From Auanema rhodensis (lineage: Eukaryota > Animalia > Nematoda): a DNA stretch of 64,000 bases. Location: positions 14,880,001 through 14,944,000 of the forward strand of contig OZ059900.1 in the NCBI GenBank assembly GCA_964057225.1, read 5' to 3'. The position numbers and the translations under genes are program-made. Below the pieces are notes generated by a model. The model did not search any database. It worked only from the letters and a program-made list of their open reading frames with translations, and was not told the DNA's origin. This document shows, one piece after another, positions 46,765 through 55,919 of this stretch; positions within the stretch are counted from its first letter, which is position 1, and each line of letters begins with the position of its first letter.

Positions 46765-47448
46765 TTAATCCGCCAGTTGGTCAATTTCCTGGATCATTTC
46801 CGTCATTGATGCTAGTCCAAGCAGCTCCATTGTTCTGATGGTTTGGCTAACTGCTTTTGCCTTACTTTTTGATGCGGACATGTTGGTAGTCCTTTTTGTC
46901 AGTAGTTTTTTGATTACTACTGATAGGTCTTGCCCTATCTCTATCCACGATGCTTCTTCTTCGGTTCCGCTATTTCCTACAGCTTGTTGTGTCATCTGTG
47001 TTGTCCATGTCGGCATTGCTTTGTAGATGTCAGCTGTGGTCTGCGTTCTGGCGGGTTGTCCCAGCATTATGTTTCGGATTCTGTTCTCTTTCTGGCTGAG
47101 AGAACATCCTTCTGTCCATTTCTTTTGATGCTGGCGAAGCTCCTTCAGATCGTGATCCTTATAGTTTTTGGTTTTCTCCTCCAATAGTTCCATCATAAAT
47201 AGGATGTGCTGTGTCTTCTTTTCCAATTTGCTCGTTTGGAGGCTTATTATTGGTCCTAAGTTGGGCTTCATGCAGTTGATAGGTAGAAGACCTTCACGAA
47301 GGTTTTCTACCTCTATCCATTCTTGTTCAATAGTGGTCGCTAGAGGGACCAGTGGTGTTGGAGTTGCGAGGAATGTAGAGAGTGTGACGTTGGCGAGAGA
47401 GGAGGTCATTTTGAGTAAGAAAAGTGTTATTGAATTTTTCTCTATCAA
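46765..47448 (-). CDS. Accessory ORF of unknown function between pol and 3' LTR; likely start ATG 47409
   Basis: 227-codon open frame in element sense; C-terminal 21 codons conserved in copy 1 with synonymous differences. Confidence 0.7.
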   Translation of the reverse strand: MIEKNSITLFLLKMTSSLANVTLSTFLATPTPLVPLATTIEQEWIEVENLREGLLPINCMKPNLGPIISLQTSKLEKKTQHILFMMELLEEKTKNYKDHDLKELRQHQKKWTEGCSLSQKENRIRNIMLGQPARTQTTADIYKAMPTWTTQMTQQAVGNSGTEEEASWIEIGQDLSVVIKKLLTKRTTNMSASKSKAKAVSQTIRTMELLGLASMTEMIQEIDQLAD

Positions 47449-47612
47449 AATTTTCTCTTTATATAGTTTGTTTTTCAGTGATTGTTACAATTTGTTAAAA
47501 TTAAAGGATAGAAATTAGAATTTCGGTGGTTTTTGATCTATGTCTTATGTTTAATGTACTATACGAAAGAAAGGAAAATTATTTTTACAATTCTACGATT
47601 TTTGTTAGTTAA

Positions 47613-50600
47613 TTAAAAGTTTCGTACTTGTTCTCCTTTGTTTTGCGATGGGGATTTATTCTGCTGCTTTTTGCTTTGATCCGCTTTTCCATGTAGTTCC
47701 AATTCTCCATTACTTCTGATTTCTTCGTCTCGTGTTTTTCTTTTGGGTTGTAGTTTAACATGATACGGGCGTGAGTTTTCATTTCCTATTCCTAGTGCTG
47801 CGGCAAGTGTAGTGTTCCAATTTTTGATTGCTGGTGAGTTTTTGTTTCTGTCCTCAAATAGCTCCTTTCTGTTTTCATTCTTGAATTGATCTCGTAGCTT
47901 TTCGTATGTTTTTGCGTTATTATCTTCTATATCGTTTTGATTAGGACCTTCTTCTTGAGAGAAAGGTGTCAGCTGTCTGAGGTCCTCTTGAATTCTGTCG
48001 ATTGTTGTTGATTCATTTTCTAATTGTATATTAGAATTTGTTATTCTTCTTGCTGTAGCAAGGTCGTCAGGTGTTTCTGAATTATGTTCAATTTCTTCTT
48101 CGTTTACTCCTCTGTTATTCCCTGTGATAGGTAACAGTTGCGCGAGAGTATCTGGACTGCCTGTTGGGTAACAGTTGTTGTTATTTTCCGTATTATTGGT
48201 TTGTTCCCATTCATCCAGATTATTCCAACTTGTTTCTTCTTCTTCTTCTTCTTCGTTTGCTATGTCTTGGTCCTCTTCTTCCTCTTCTTCATTATTTCTT
48301 GTTGATATAAGATTATCGTCTGGTGGAAAATAACGTATGTTATTTTTGTGAGCTTTTATAACATTTCCATCTTGGTCCGTTATGCTGATGTTGTTTCCTT
48401 CAATTGTCACAATCCGGTAAGGTCCATCTCTTCGTATTTGTAATTTGTTGCTTGGGTTCGCTCTTTGTACAAATACTCGATCTCCTATATCTAATATTCT
48501 TTCTTTTGTCCTATGTGCTTGATCGTATTTCTGCTTCATTCTTTCTTCATTGGTGGCAATCTTTTCCTTGACTTTTTCTTGAATATCTCTTAAGTTTTTG
48601 AGCTGATCCGTGGTATTTTGTTCTTCCGGTGTTTCCAAGTTTTTGTCAATGGGTAGACGTGCTACTTGTCCAAACAAACATTCGTATGGTGATGTTTTAG
48701 TGGTGGCGTTTGGTAATCTGTTGAGTGTAAAAATAATCTTCGGAAGTATCTTATCCCAATCGTTTTGTTCGTCATTAACGTAGGCTGTTAATGCTTCTTC
48801 GATCGTCCGATGTAATCTTTCTACTTGTCCGTTAGCGTTTTTGTAATACGGCATAGTAGTGTGGTGTGTAGTTCCAAAATTACTGCACATAGTGGTGAAA
48901 TCGTTTGAAATAAAATTAGATCCATTGTCTGTGATGATAGTGACAGGTGGTCCAAAAACATAGAAGAGGTATTTTTCGATAGCTGATATAATTTCTTCTG
49001 ATGTTTGTCTGATTAGCGGAATTGCGATTATCCATTTTGAAAAAGAATCTTGAATTGAAAGAACATATCTGTTTTCTTGTTCTGTCCTAGGTAATGGTCC
49101 GAGTATATCCATGTGTACTCTTTGCCATGGTTTTGTTGATGTTGGAAAATTTTTCATTGGTTCCACCGTTGCTTCATGAGGGTTGTTCTTTCTTTTCGCA
49201 CAAGCAAGACATCTGTTGATGTAGTTTGTAATGTCTTCTTGCATTCCAGTCCATGTAAATCGTCTTGATATTGAGTCCATTGTTTTGTTTATTCCTAGAT
49301 GAGCTCCGAGTGTCGGATCTTCATGAAATTTCTTCATAATTGGATTAATTATGTGCTCTTCTCGTGGTAAAATTGTTCGTGGTACTTGTAGGCTTCTTTT
49401 TGGTTTTGAGTATAGTACATCGTTGTACACAATATATCTGTCCGTCAGTTGTCGTCCAGCTGTATTATTCTTTATTTTATCCATAGTTTCTTTTATCCAA
49501 TTTGATTGATTCTGAACTGATCGAATATCTGCTATCGTGAAGGTGTTTATCTGATGAATAGTATCTTCCGTCGTTTTTCTTTCGTTTTTCTTCTTTGCTG
49601 GTGGTTTTGCTTCGTTGATTTCATCTTCAAAATATCGTGATAATGCGTCACATACACTGTTTAATTTTCCTGGTCTGTAGATAATTTCAATATCGTATTC
49701 TTGTAAAACAATTTGAAATTTTGCTAAACGACCTATTAAATCCTTTCTAGTCATTAAACTAGTGAGTGGTCTATGGTCCGTGATAATTTTGGTTGCTGTT
49801 CCTAGTATGTAGGTGCGGAATTGTTTGACGGCGAATGTAAGAGCTAATGCTTCTACTTCTATTGGTGGATAATTCCTTTCAGCTTTGTTGAGTTTCCGAC
49901 TAGCAAAAGCTATTGGATGTAATGGTTCTTGATCGTCTTTCGCTTGAAGTAGTACAGCGCCAACTGCTATCATACTTCCATCACTTTCAATAACATATGG
50001 TCGTTTCGGGATTGGTGCTTGTAACACAGGTGCTTGAGTCAATGTTTTCTTCAAAGTATTAAAAGCAATTTCTTCTTCTTCTGTCCATTTGAACGGAGTG
50101 TCTTTCCGAGTGAGGTTGTAGAGTGGTGTTGCTATTCCTGCAGCGTTCTTTATGAACCTTCTGAAGTAGTTTACTACTCCCATGAAAGCTCTTACTCCTG
50201 TTGTTGATTTTGGTTGGGAATAATCTTGTATTGCCTTAATTTTATGTGGGTCCGGTTTAATTCCTTCTTGTCCAACTATGTATCCTAGAAATTTTACTTC
50301 CTTTCTTGCGAATGCGCATTTCTTCAGTTTTATTTTGAATCCTATTTGAGTTACTGCTTCCAAAACTTCTTCAATATCTTTTAAATGTGCTGTCGTAGAT
50401 TCAGAGATTAACAGTAAATCATCTAGATATACGAATAGCTTGCATTTAACCATTGATTGCAGGTATCGTACTGCGTTTTGAAAAGTATGGGGTGATCCAC
50501 ATAATCCCATCGGCATTCGACAATATTGATAAGTTCCACTTGTTGTTGTGAAAGCTGTAAGATGACGATCTTCTTTCTTAAGAGGTATTTGGAAAAATCC

Positions 50601-53600
50601 AGATACTAAATCAAAGTTGCTGAAGATCCTTGCTCCAGCGGCCAAATCTAGGATGTCCTGTATGTTTGATATGACATATACTTGTTTCTGAGTGATTGCA
50701 TTCAGAGCTCGAAAGTCCGTTACAAATCTATGAGTTTTGTCTTTCTTCTTCACCAAAATTACTGGACTAGTTGTCATTGAGTTTGATGGTTCAATGATTC
50801 TTTGTTGTAGCATTTCTTCTATTTGTTTCTCCACTTCTTCTTGTTGGGAGAGTGTTATACGATAAGTAATTTTGAATGATGGTGTTTTTCCTGGCATGAT
50901 TGGAATGGAGTGTTCAATTGGTCCTAGGAAGAGTCCGATATTTCTATCTTCGTTGAGAAACGCTTGTTTATGTAGTAAAATTATTTCTTTCAGTTGCTGT
51001 TGTTCGATTTGTGAGAAGCAGGCTTCTGAAAGGTCAAGCTCATTGATGAAATTGTCTGGGAAATATGGCAGTTGTTCTTCCCATCGAGCTTCTGGAGGTA
51101 TGTATTGTCCTTCGTATTTTTCTTGGTTGTCCTTTGGTATCGCTTCTGCTATCCCTATTTCTTGATTCATTTGAATTTCGAGTGGCTGTTTGCATATGTT
51201 CGTCGCGTAAATTTGTACTCCGTATCCAGTGGGCGTAAATATGGTAGGCGTAAAAGAGAGTTTGTTGCCTGGTTTCTTACAATCTAGAAACGCTTGTTCA
51301 TAGCTTTCTGGATCGTGTACTTCTAGCGTGAGCGTTCTTGTTTCTCCTGGTCTTAGCGTTTTGTTTTCTAAGCTAACCACATATGCTTTCGTGGTCTGGT
51401 GTTCCCACGGAGATGTTTCTCGTGCTAGTGGAACATGTGTTGTGCCGATAACAATTGTTTTATCCAGCGGTCGAAGTGAGGTGTAAATTCCTTGTTGATG
51501 TAATGCTTCCATGAAGTCTATTCCAAGTAACACTGGTGCTGGACAGTAGTTATCTTCTGCTACATAAAATTTGTGTTCTGTTTCTGTTGTTCCTATTGTT
51601 ATGAGGATCCTTGTGTATCCCATAAATGAGAATTTAGATTTATTCGCGACTATCGCTGTTGTTTGTTTTAGTACCATCGTTGCAGCGGGCAGTTGTTTGA
51701 AGGTGGATTCTCGCATGTATGATGCTGATGCTCCCGTGTCCCATAGTGCCTTAAAGATGTGATTGTGGATTGAAATTGGGACAAACGGTAATTGTGATCC
51801 TCCTATGTAGTTTATGTTTTCTTTCTTCATGCTTGTAGGGAAATAAGCTTCATAAATGTGTTCAGGAATTGGTGCTGAAGGATCATACAATGTGAGTTGA
51901 CAGCTGTTGTGATGGTTGTCGACGTATGGAGCGGACGGAGAAGGATGAGATGTTTCTGTTCTTGTGTTCTCAGTTGATAGTGGTTGTAAGTATTCTGCTT
52001 CCCATTTGACATTGTTGATGGGTATCCTTGAACTACATGCGTATATTTTTATTATCCAGGTGGCGAGTGTGATTATGCCAATTGTTATGATGATTGATCC
52101 AATGATAGCAAGTACGCGTAGTGTCCAGGTTTGAATCTTTTCCCATATTGGTGACAGAAAGTCAAACATTTTCCAAGTTATAGCTTCTTTTGTATGTTCG
52201 TAGCTGAGTAGTAAGCTGCTGGCTACTCCTGCTGTTAGGGTAACAGGGTTCATGTTAGGAATTAATCTTTGTTTGATTACAGGTTTTATTCTTCCTGGTA
52301 AAGTAGCCTGTAGCGTTGCTAAGCTGGATCCATATGATATTGCTAGTGCCATAGGAAACGTTGATTCTGTTAGATTGTTGAAAATGTTGCTTCCATTAAA
52401 CTTGATATGTTCTAGGTTGATTGATCCTAACTCGTCGATGTATGCTGGTGATGTTACATTTATTGATTGGTTATTATTAGTCCATTGATCGTTTTCTTTC
52501 CAGGGATCCTTGATTGTGAATCCGCATGGTATGGCATGTGCCATCGGTGTGAGGTCTCTTGTACCTGGTAGGATGAACAGTTGGCCGTGATGTTCCGTTT
52601 CGACTGGGGTTTCCAGAAAACACGTGCTGTTGACTTTGTGATCACGGTATGTTTTTGTAATTTGAATTGGTGTGCATGGCATTACATAAATTAGTTTATC
52701 ATTTATGAATCTTGCAGATATATCCTGTCGTCGTAGCATTGTACGCATCCCTATAGTAGGATTTATTTGAAGAATAGCCCACCAGGTAAGTAGTTGTTTA
52801 TTTTGTACGTGGCAGATGTTGTTTCTGTTTGTTGTGAACGTACGTATGATATCATCTTCCAGATTGGTAGTGGCATATTGTAGATGAGATTGCGTTTCTT
52901 GTTGATGAAGATGTTCATTCCATTTTTGGACGATATCGTTCTTAGCTTTAAGGTAGTCTACGTGGGCTTTCTTACCAATATGTGATGATATTTCTTCAGG
53001 TGTGCTGCGAGTGGTAGTGATAGATCTTTTTGTAGTTCTTGGAGGCGGTGACTTGGTGAGTGATTCTTTCCTATTGTATTCCTGGCTTGAGGTGATCGTG
53101 ATTGGGTTTGTAGTAATATTGAATGTAGATTGGGGGGTGGAGAATGATTGTTTTGGTCGATGAGTGGTGAATATAGTTGTGGTTGTTGTAGGTGTTGTGG
53201 TTGTTGTTGATCTGGGTCTAGCAGTAGTAGAAGTAGTAGTAGTAGTAGTGGTAGTAGTAGTAGTAGTTGATGAAGACGTGGGTATTGTTGGTTTGGGTCT
53301 AGTTGTTGTGGATATATGTGTTTTGGGTGTGATTGTCGAAGTGATAGTTGTTCTTGTAGCGTTGAAGTGTTCATCTAGATATAGTAGATAGCGGTTGAAT
53401 GGTGTTTTTCCATCGTAGCGTGGAGCTTTTATATCGCGTATGGCGGACGGAATCGCTGCTGGTTGAGGGATGATTGTAGGTGTTGGAACAGGTGCCCTTC
53501 CCGAGGTTTGCGTAAGTGGTGCGCCTTCGTCCATTGGGTCCATTCTTGGGTTAATTCTCTTGTTTTCTGCAACAAAAGTATTTGCTTGATTAGTTTGCGA

Positions 53601-54173
53601 TGGAAGAGACGGAGATAGAGAATGCCCAGATGTAGAATGATCAATGGATGAAGGTGAGTTTCGTAGAGGTGGGGATGGGCTTACTGCGGGTGTGGTTGAA
53701 GAAAGTGCGGGCGTAGGTGATTTTTGTGTGGTTGGTGTATTGCTTCTTCTAGGGGTGGCTATTAAAGGATTGATTGGGTTGATTGTATTTGGTATGGTGT
53801 TGGTTGGGGGGTTTTGAGGGTTCCCTTTGCTTGCTATGTTTTTAGGAATAGGTTTAATGTTTGGGATAATTTTCTTTTCTAAGGTGTTTCTTTCGACTAT
53901 GTCTGTTTTTTGTTTCTTCGTTTTTTCATGTGATTTGGGATTGGTGGATTGTTTTTGAATGCCGCGATGTCTTGGGGTATGTATTACCATTGACTTTGTT
54001 TTAATGCTTAACTTCGCTTGTTTTGCAGAGGGGGGAGAATATGTTGCGGGCGGTTGTCTTTTTCTTCTTATAATATTTGAAGTGGCAGCAGGGTCCAGCG
54101 GAGGTTTTGGACCAGTATTGGGCAGCATCGTTGGTATCCTGTAAGGAAATTTGTTATATCCAACGTGTGCCAA
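47613..54173 (-). CDS. pol: Gypsy polyprotein: truncated Gag / C-half Env - protease - RT - RNaseH - integrase with long acidic tail
   Basis: WDTGA; SPVILVKKKD, DLVSGFFQI, MPMGL, YLDD; ESDGS..VGAVL, EALAL, TDHRPL, DALSR; H..H..C..C, HMDILGP, TDNGSNF, NGQVER; GPY motif; order PR-RT-RH-IN is Ty3/Gypsy. Confidence 0.96.
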   Translation of the reverse strand: MAHVGYNKFPYRIPTMLPNTGPKPPLDPAATSNIIRRKRQPPATYSPPSAKQAKLSIKTKSMVIHTPRHRGIQKQSTNPKSHEKTKKQKTDIVERNTLEKKIIPNIKPIPKNIASKGNPQNPPTNTIPNTINPINPLIATPRRSNTPTTQKSPTPALSSTTPAVSPSPPLRNSPSSIDHSTSGHSLSPSLPSQTNQANTFVAENKRINPRMDPMDEGAPLTQTSGRAPVPTPTIIPQPAAIPSAIRDIKAPRYDGKTPFNRYLLYLDEHFNATRTTITSTITPKTHISTTTRPKPTIPTSSSTTTTTTTTTTTTSTTARPRSTTTTTPTTTTTIFTTHRPKQSFSTPQSTFNITTNPITITSSQEYNRKESLTKSPPPRTTKRSITTTRSTPEEISSHIGKKAHVDYLKAKNDIVQKWNEHLHQQETQSHLQYATTNLEDDIIRTFTTNRNNICHVQNKQLLTWWAILQINPTIGMRTMLRRQDISARFINDKLIYVMPCTPIQITKTYRDHKVNSTCFLETPVETEHHGQLFILPGTRDLTPMAHAIPCGFTIKDPWKENDQWTNNNQSINVTSPAYIDELGSINLEHIKFNGSNIFNNLTESTFPMALAISYGSSLATLQATLPGRIKPVIKQRLIPNMNPVTLTAGVASSLLLSYEHTKEAITWKMFDFLSPIWEKIQTWTLRVLAIIGSIIITIGIITLATWIIKIYACSSRIPINNVKWEAEYLQPLSTENTRTETSHPSPSAPYVDNHHNSCQLTLYDPSAPIPEHIYEAYFPTSMKKENINYIGGSQLPFVPISIHNHIFKALWDTGASASYMRESTFKQLPAATMVLKQTTAIVANKSKFSFMGYTRILITIGTTETEHKFYVAEDNYCPAPVLLGIDFMEALHQQGIYTSLRPLDKTIVIGTTHVPLARETSPWEHQTTKAYVVSLENKTLRPGETRTLTLEVHDPESYEQAFLDCKKPGNKLSFTPTIFTPTGYGVQIYATNICKQPLEIQMNQEIGIAEAIPKDNQEKYEGQYIPPEARWEEQLPYFPDNFINELDLSEACFSQIEQQQLKEIILLHKQAFLNEDRNIGLFLGPIEHSIPIMPGKTPSFKITYRITLSQQEEVEKQIEEMLQQRIIEPSNSMTTSPVILVKKKDKTHRFVTDFRALNAITQKQVYVISNIQDILDLAAGARIFSNFDLVSGFFQIPLKKEDRHLTAFTTTSGTYQYCRMPMGLCGSPHTFQNAVRYLQSMVKCKLFVYLDDLLLISESTTAHLKDIEEVLEAVTQIGFKIKLKKCAFARKEVKFLGYIVGQEGIKPDPHKIKAIQDYSQPKSTTGVRAFMGVVNYFRRFIKNAAGIATPLYNLTRKDTPFKWTEEEEIAFNTLKKTLTQAPVLQAPIPKRPYVIESDGSMIAVGAVLLQAKDDQEPLHPIAFASRKLNKAERNYPPIEVEALALTFAVKQFRTYILGTATKIITDHRPLTSLMTRKDLIGRLAKFQIVLQEYDIEIIYRPGKLNSVCDALSRYFEDEINEAKPPAKKKNERKTTEDTIHQINTFTIADIRSVQNQSNWIKETMDKIKNNTAGRQLTDRYIVYNDVLYSKPKRSLQVPRTILPREEHIINPIMKKFHEDPTLGAHLGINKTMDSISRRFTWTGMQEDITNYINRCLACAKRKNNPHEATVEPMKNFPTSTKPWQRVHMDILGPLPRTEQENRYVLSIQDSFSKWIIAIPLIRQTSEEIISAIEKYLFYVFGPPVTIITDNGSNFISNDFTTMCSNFGTTHHTTMPYYKNANGQVERLHRTIEEALTAYVNDEQNDWDKILPKIIFTLNRLPNATTKTSPYECLFGQVARLPIDKNLETPEEQNTTDQLKNLRDIQEKVKEKIATNEERMKQKYDQAHRTKERILDIGDRVFVQRANPSNKLQIRRDGPYRIVTIEGNNISITDQDGNVIKAHKNNIRYFPPDDNLISTRNNEEEEEEDQDIANEEEEEEETSWNNLDEWEQTNNTENNNNCYPTGSPDTLAQLLPITGNNRGVNEEEIEHNSETPDDLATARRITNSNIQLENESTTIDRIQEDLRQLTPFSQEEGPNQNDIEDNNAKTYEKLRDQFKNENRKELFEDRNKNSPAIKNWNTTLAAALGIGNENSRPYHVKLQPKRKTRDEEIRSNGELELHGKADQSKKQQNKSPSQNKGEQVRNF

Positions 54174-55373
54174 AATAATTTTATATATAGAAAAACGTAA
54201 AGAATAATGTTGGGTTTGTGTGCGCGATTCTTATGAAGGTAGCTAGTCTTGCAAGTAATCTCTTTACCAATATAGCTTGTCCGGGTCTAACACAGGTTTG
54301 AAACTAGTGTGCCTTTTCGAAGGGACAAGTTCTATATTGTGAAAAAGGCATGAAATGAAAGTTAATAGTTCGCCAGTCTTTTGGGACAAGGATACAAAAT
54401 AGAATTTTCGCAATCATTTCATTTTCCCAGACCTCATTAACCTATCTGAGTCACAGGTATGTCAGCTGCCTTCTGCATCCTGCTCCCTGACTCTATGATG
54501 GCGAGACCACTCTTATTATTTATATCAATGTGGGGCAGATTTCAATTCAAAAATTCTCTAATTATTTCATGGGGCGTACGTCTTATCCTGAGTGTCGGCC
54601 TCCGCTCGAGTCTCTTGAGTGTCTGGCATTATTCTTAACGAAGGGGGGATGGTTTTTGCGTATGAGTTAAAACTTATTGATTAATTTAATTATTTTTCGT
54701 ATTTTCAGGTGCTAAGGTAATCGGAATTTGGATACGCTGCGCCTAATAAATATTTTTACTGTCGTGTTTAACACGGGATTTCTTGCTTATGAAATAACGG
54801 GGGGGGGGGGAAGGGGTGGGTTTATGAGAATACAGTGTAGTAGTATAAGAATAATAGTTTTATAAACGAACATAAAGAAATTAAAAATATGGTATGATAT
54901 GATGATTAAGATAGTATGATAAGATGAAGATTCAGATAATATGATAAGATGATTAAGATTGAGAGGTATAGAAGCAATATTCTTTTTTTTTTTTTTTTTA
55001 TTTCTTAATTCTAAATTAATTTTATAAAGAACTTAACTATTTTTGTTCAAAAAATGTGAAAATAAACTTATAATTCTTAGAAAAGTTAATTATTGAATTT
55101 GAATAATTTTCGTATATAGGATTTTGGATAGAGAGAATGATAAATGATATAAGTACTCTTATGAATAATTGAAAATGATTTATGAGAATATAATGAATGG
55201 AAAACTGAGTTTTTTGTAAAGAGTTTTTGGATATAATTTTTAATAGAAAAGTTTTAGAGTTTTTATGAAAATATTATAAGCTAACTTTAAGAGAGAGATA
55301 AGATTTTTAATTGAATAAGAGATGTAGACGGTAGCGCTTGAGTTCCTTTACGAGATCCTGTCCAAAAGGAAGG

Positions 55374-55391
55374 ATCTCGGTGGAACCTCCA
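55374..55391 (-). promoter_or_regulatory. Primer-binding site (tRNA-Gln)
   Basis: Same 18-mer as 3676-3693, abutting the 5' LTR. Confidence 0.88.
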
Positions 55392-55808
55392 CGTTCCATT
55401 TAGATTCTCAATGGTTCCAAGTTGAGAGATCCAAACAGACTATGAGAAGATGAGTATGATTTTAAATATAAGTGTGTAATGTAAGGTGAAATAAGAAACA
55501 AGAGATCAAATATATAAAGGTTTATTGTTCGCATTATAATATAATTATACAAAGATTTAAGCTAGAGTTAAGAAAGAGAATATAAAGAAGATAAAGAGAA
55601 AGGAAGATAATAAGATAATGAGATGCCTGAGTCTTGAGGACTCAGGTTTATATATCCATACAACTCCTACTCAGTTTACACAAATTGTTACAAAGCTTAT
55701 AAAAAGTGCATCTAGAATATTCTCAGAATTGCTTAAAAACTATCTGCATTAGTTTAATAATAGCAGCTGCCATGGTCAGCTGCTTTCCTTTGAGATATGT
55801 ATGTAACA
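55392..55808 (-). repeat. 5' LTR of Gypsy copy 2
   Basis: TGTTACA...GGAACG on minus strand, 417 bp. Confidence 0.96.
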
Positions 55809-55847
55809 GCATAACATTCAATAACGATGAATCAGAACAAAAACATT

Positions 55848-55919
55848 CTCCCCGGCCGGGAATTGAACCCGGGTCTCGCATGTGACAGACGCGGATACTC
55901 ACCACTATACTACCGAGGA
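55848..55919 (-). tRNA. tRNA-Asp(GTC), first copy of segment D
   Basis: Consensus cloverleaf; terminator TTTTT at 55839-55843 retained. Confidence 0.97.

Larger units (their letters stand above)
46165..55808 (-). mobile_element. Ty3/Gypsy LTR retroelement copy 2 (intact pol; capsid and env N-half deleted)
   Basis: 417-bp LTRs with no difference seen by eye; TSD GCAT at 46161-46164 and 55809-55812; PBS at 55374-55391. Confidence 0.97.

Noticed and set aside
51150-51400. Active dUTPase between protease and RT
   Set aside because: Only a faint resemblance (LRPGETRTL..NQEIGIA); catalytic motifs not seen; would need HHpred
55723-55905. Variant 60-aa ORF with novel C-terminus
   Set aside because: Chance read-through from the array into the LTR
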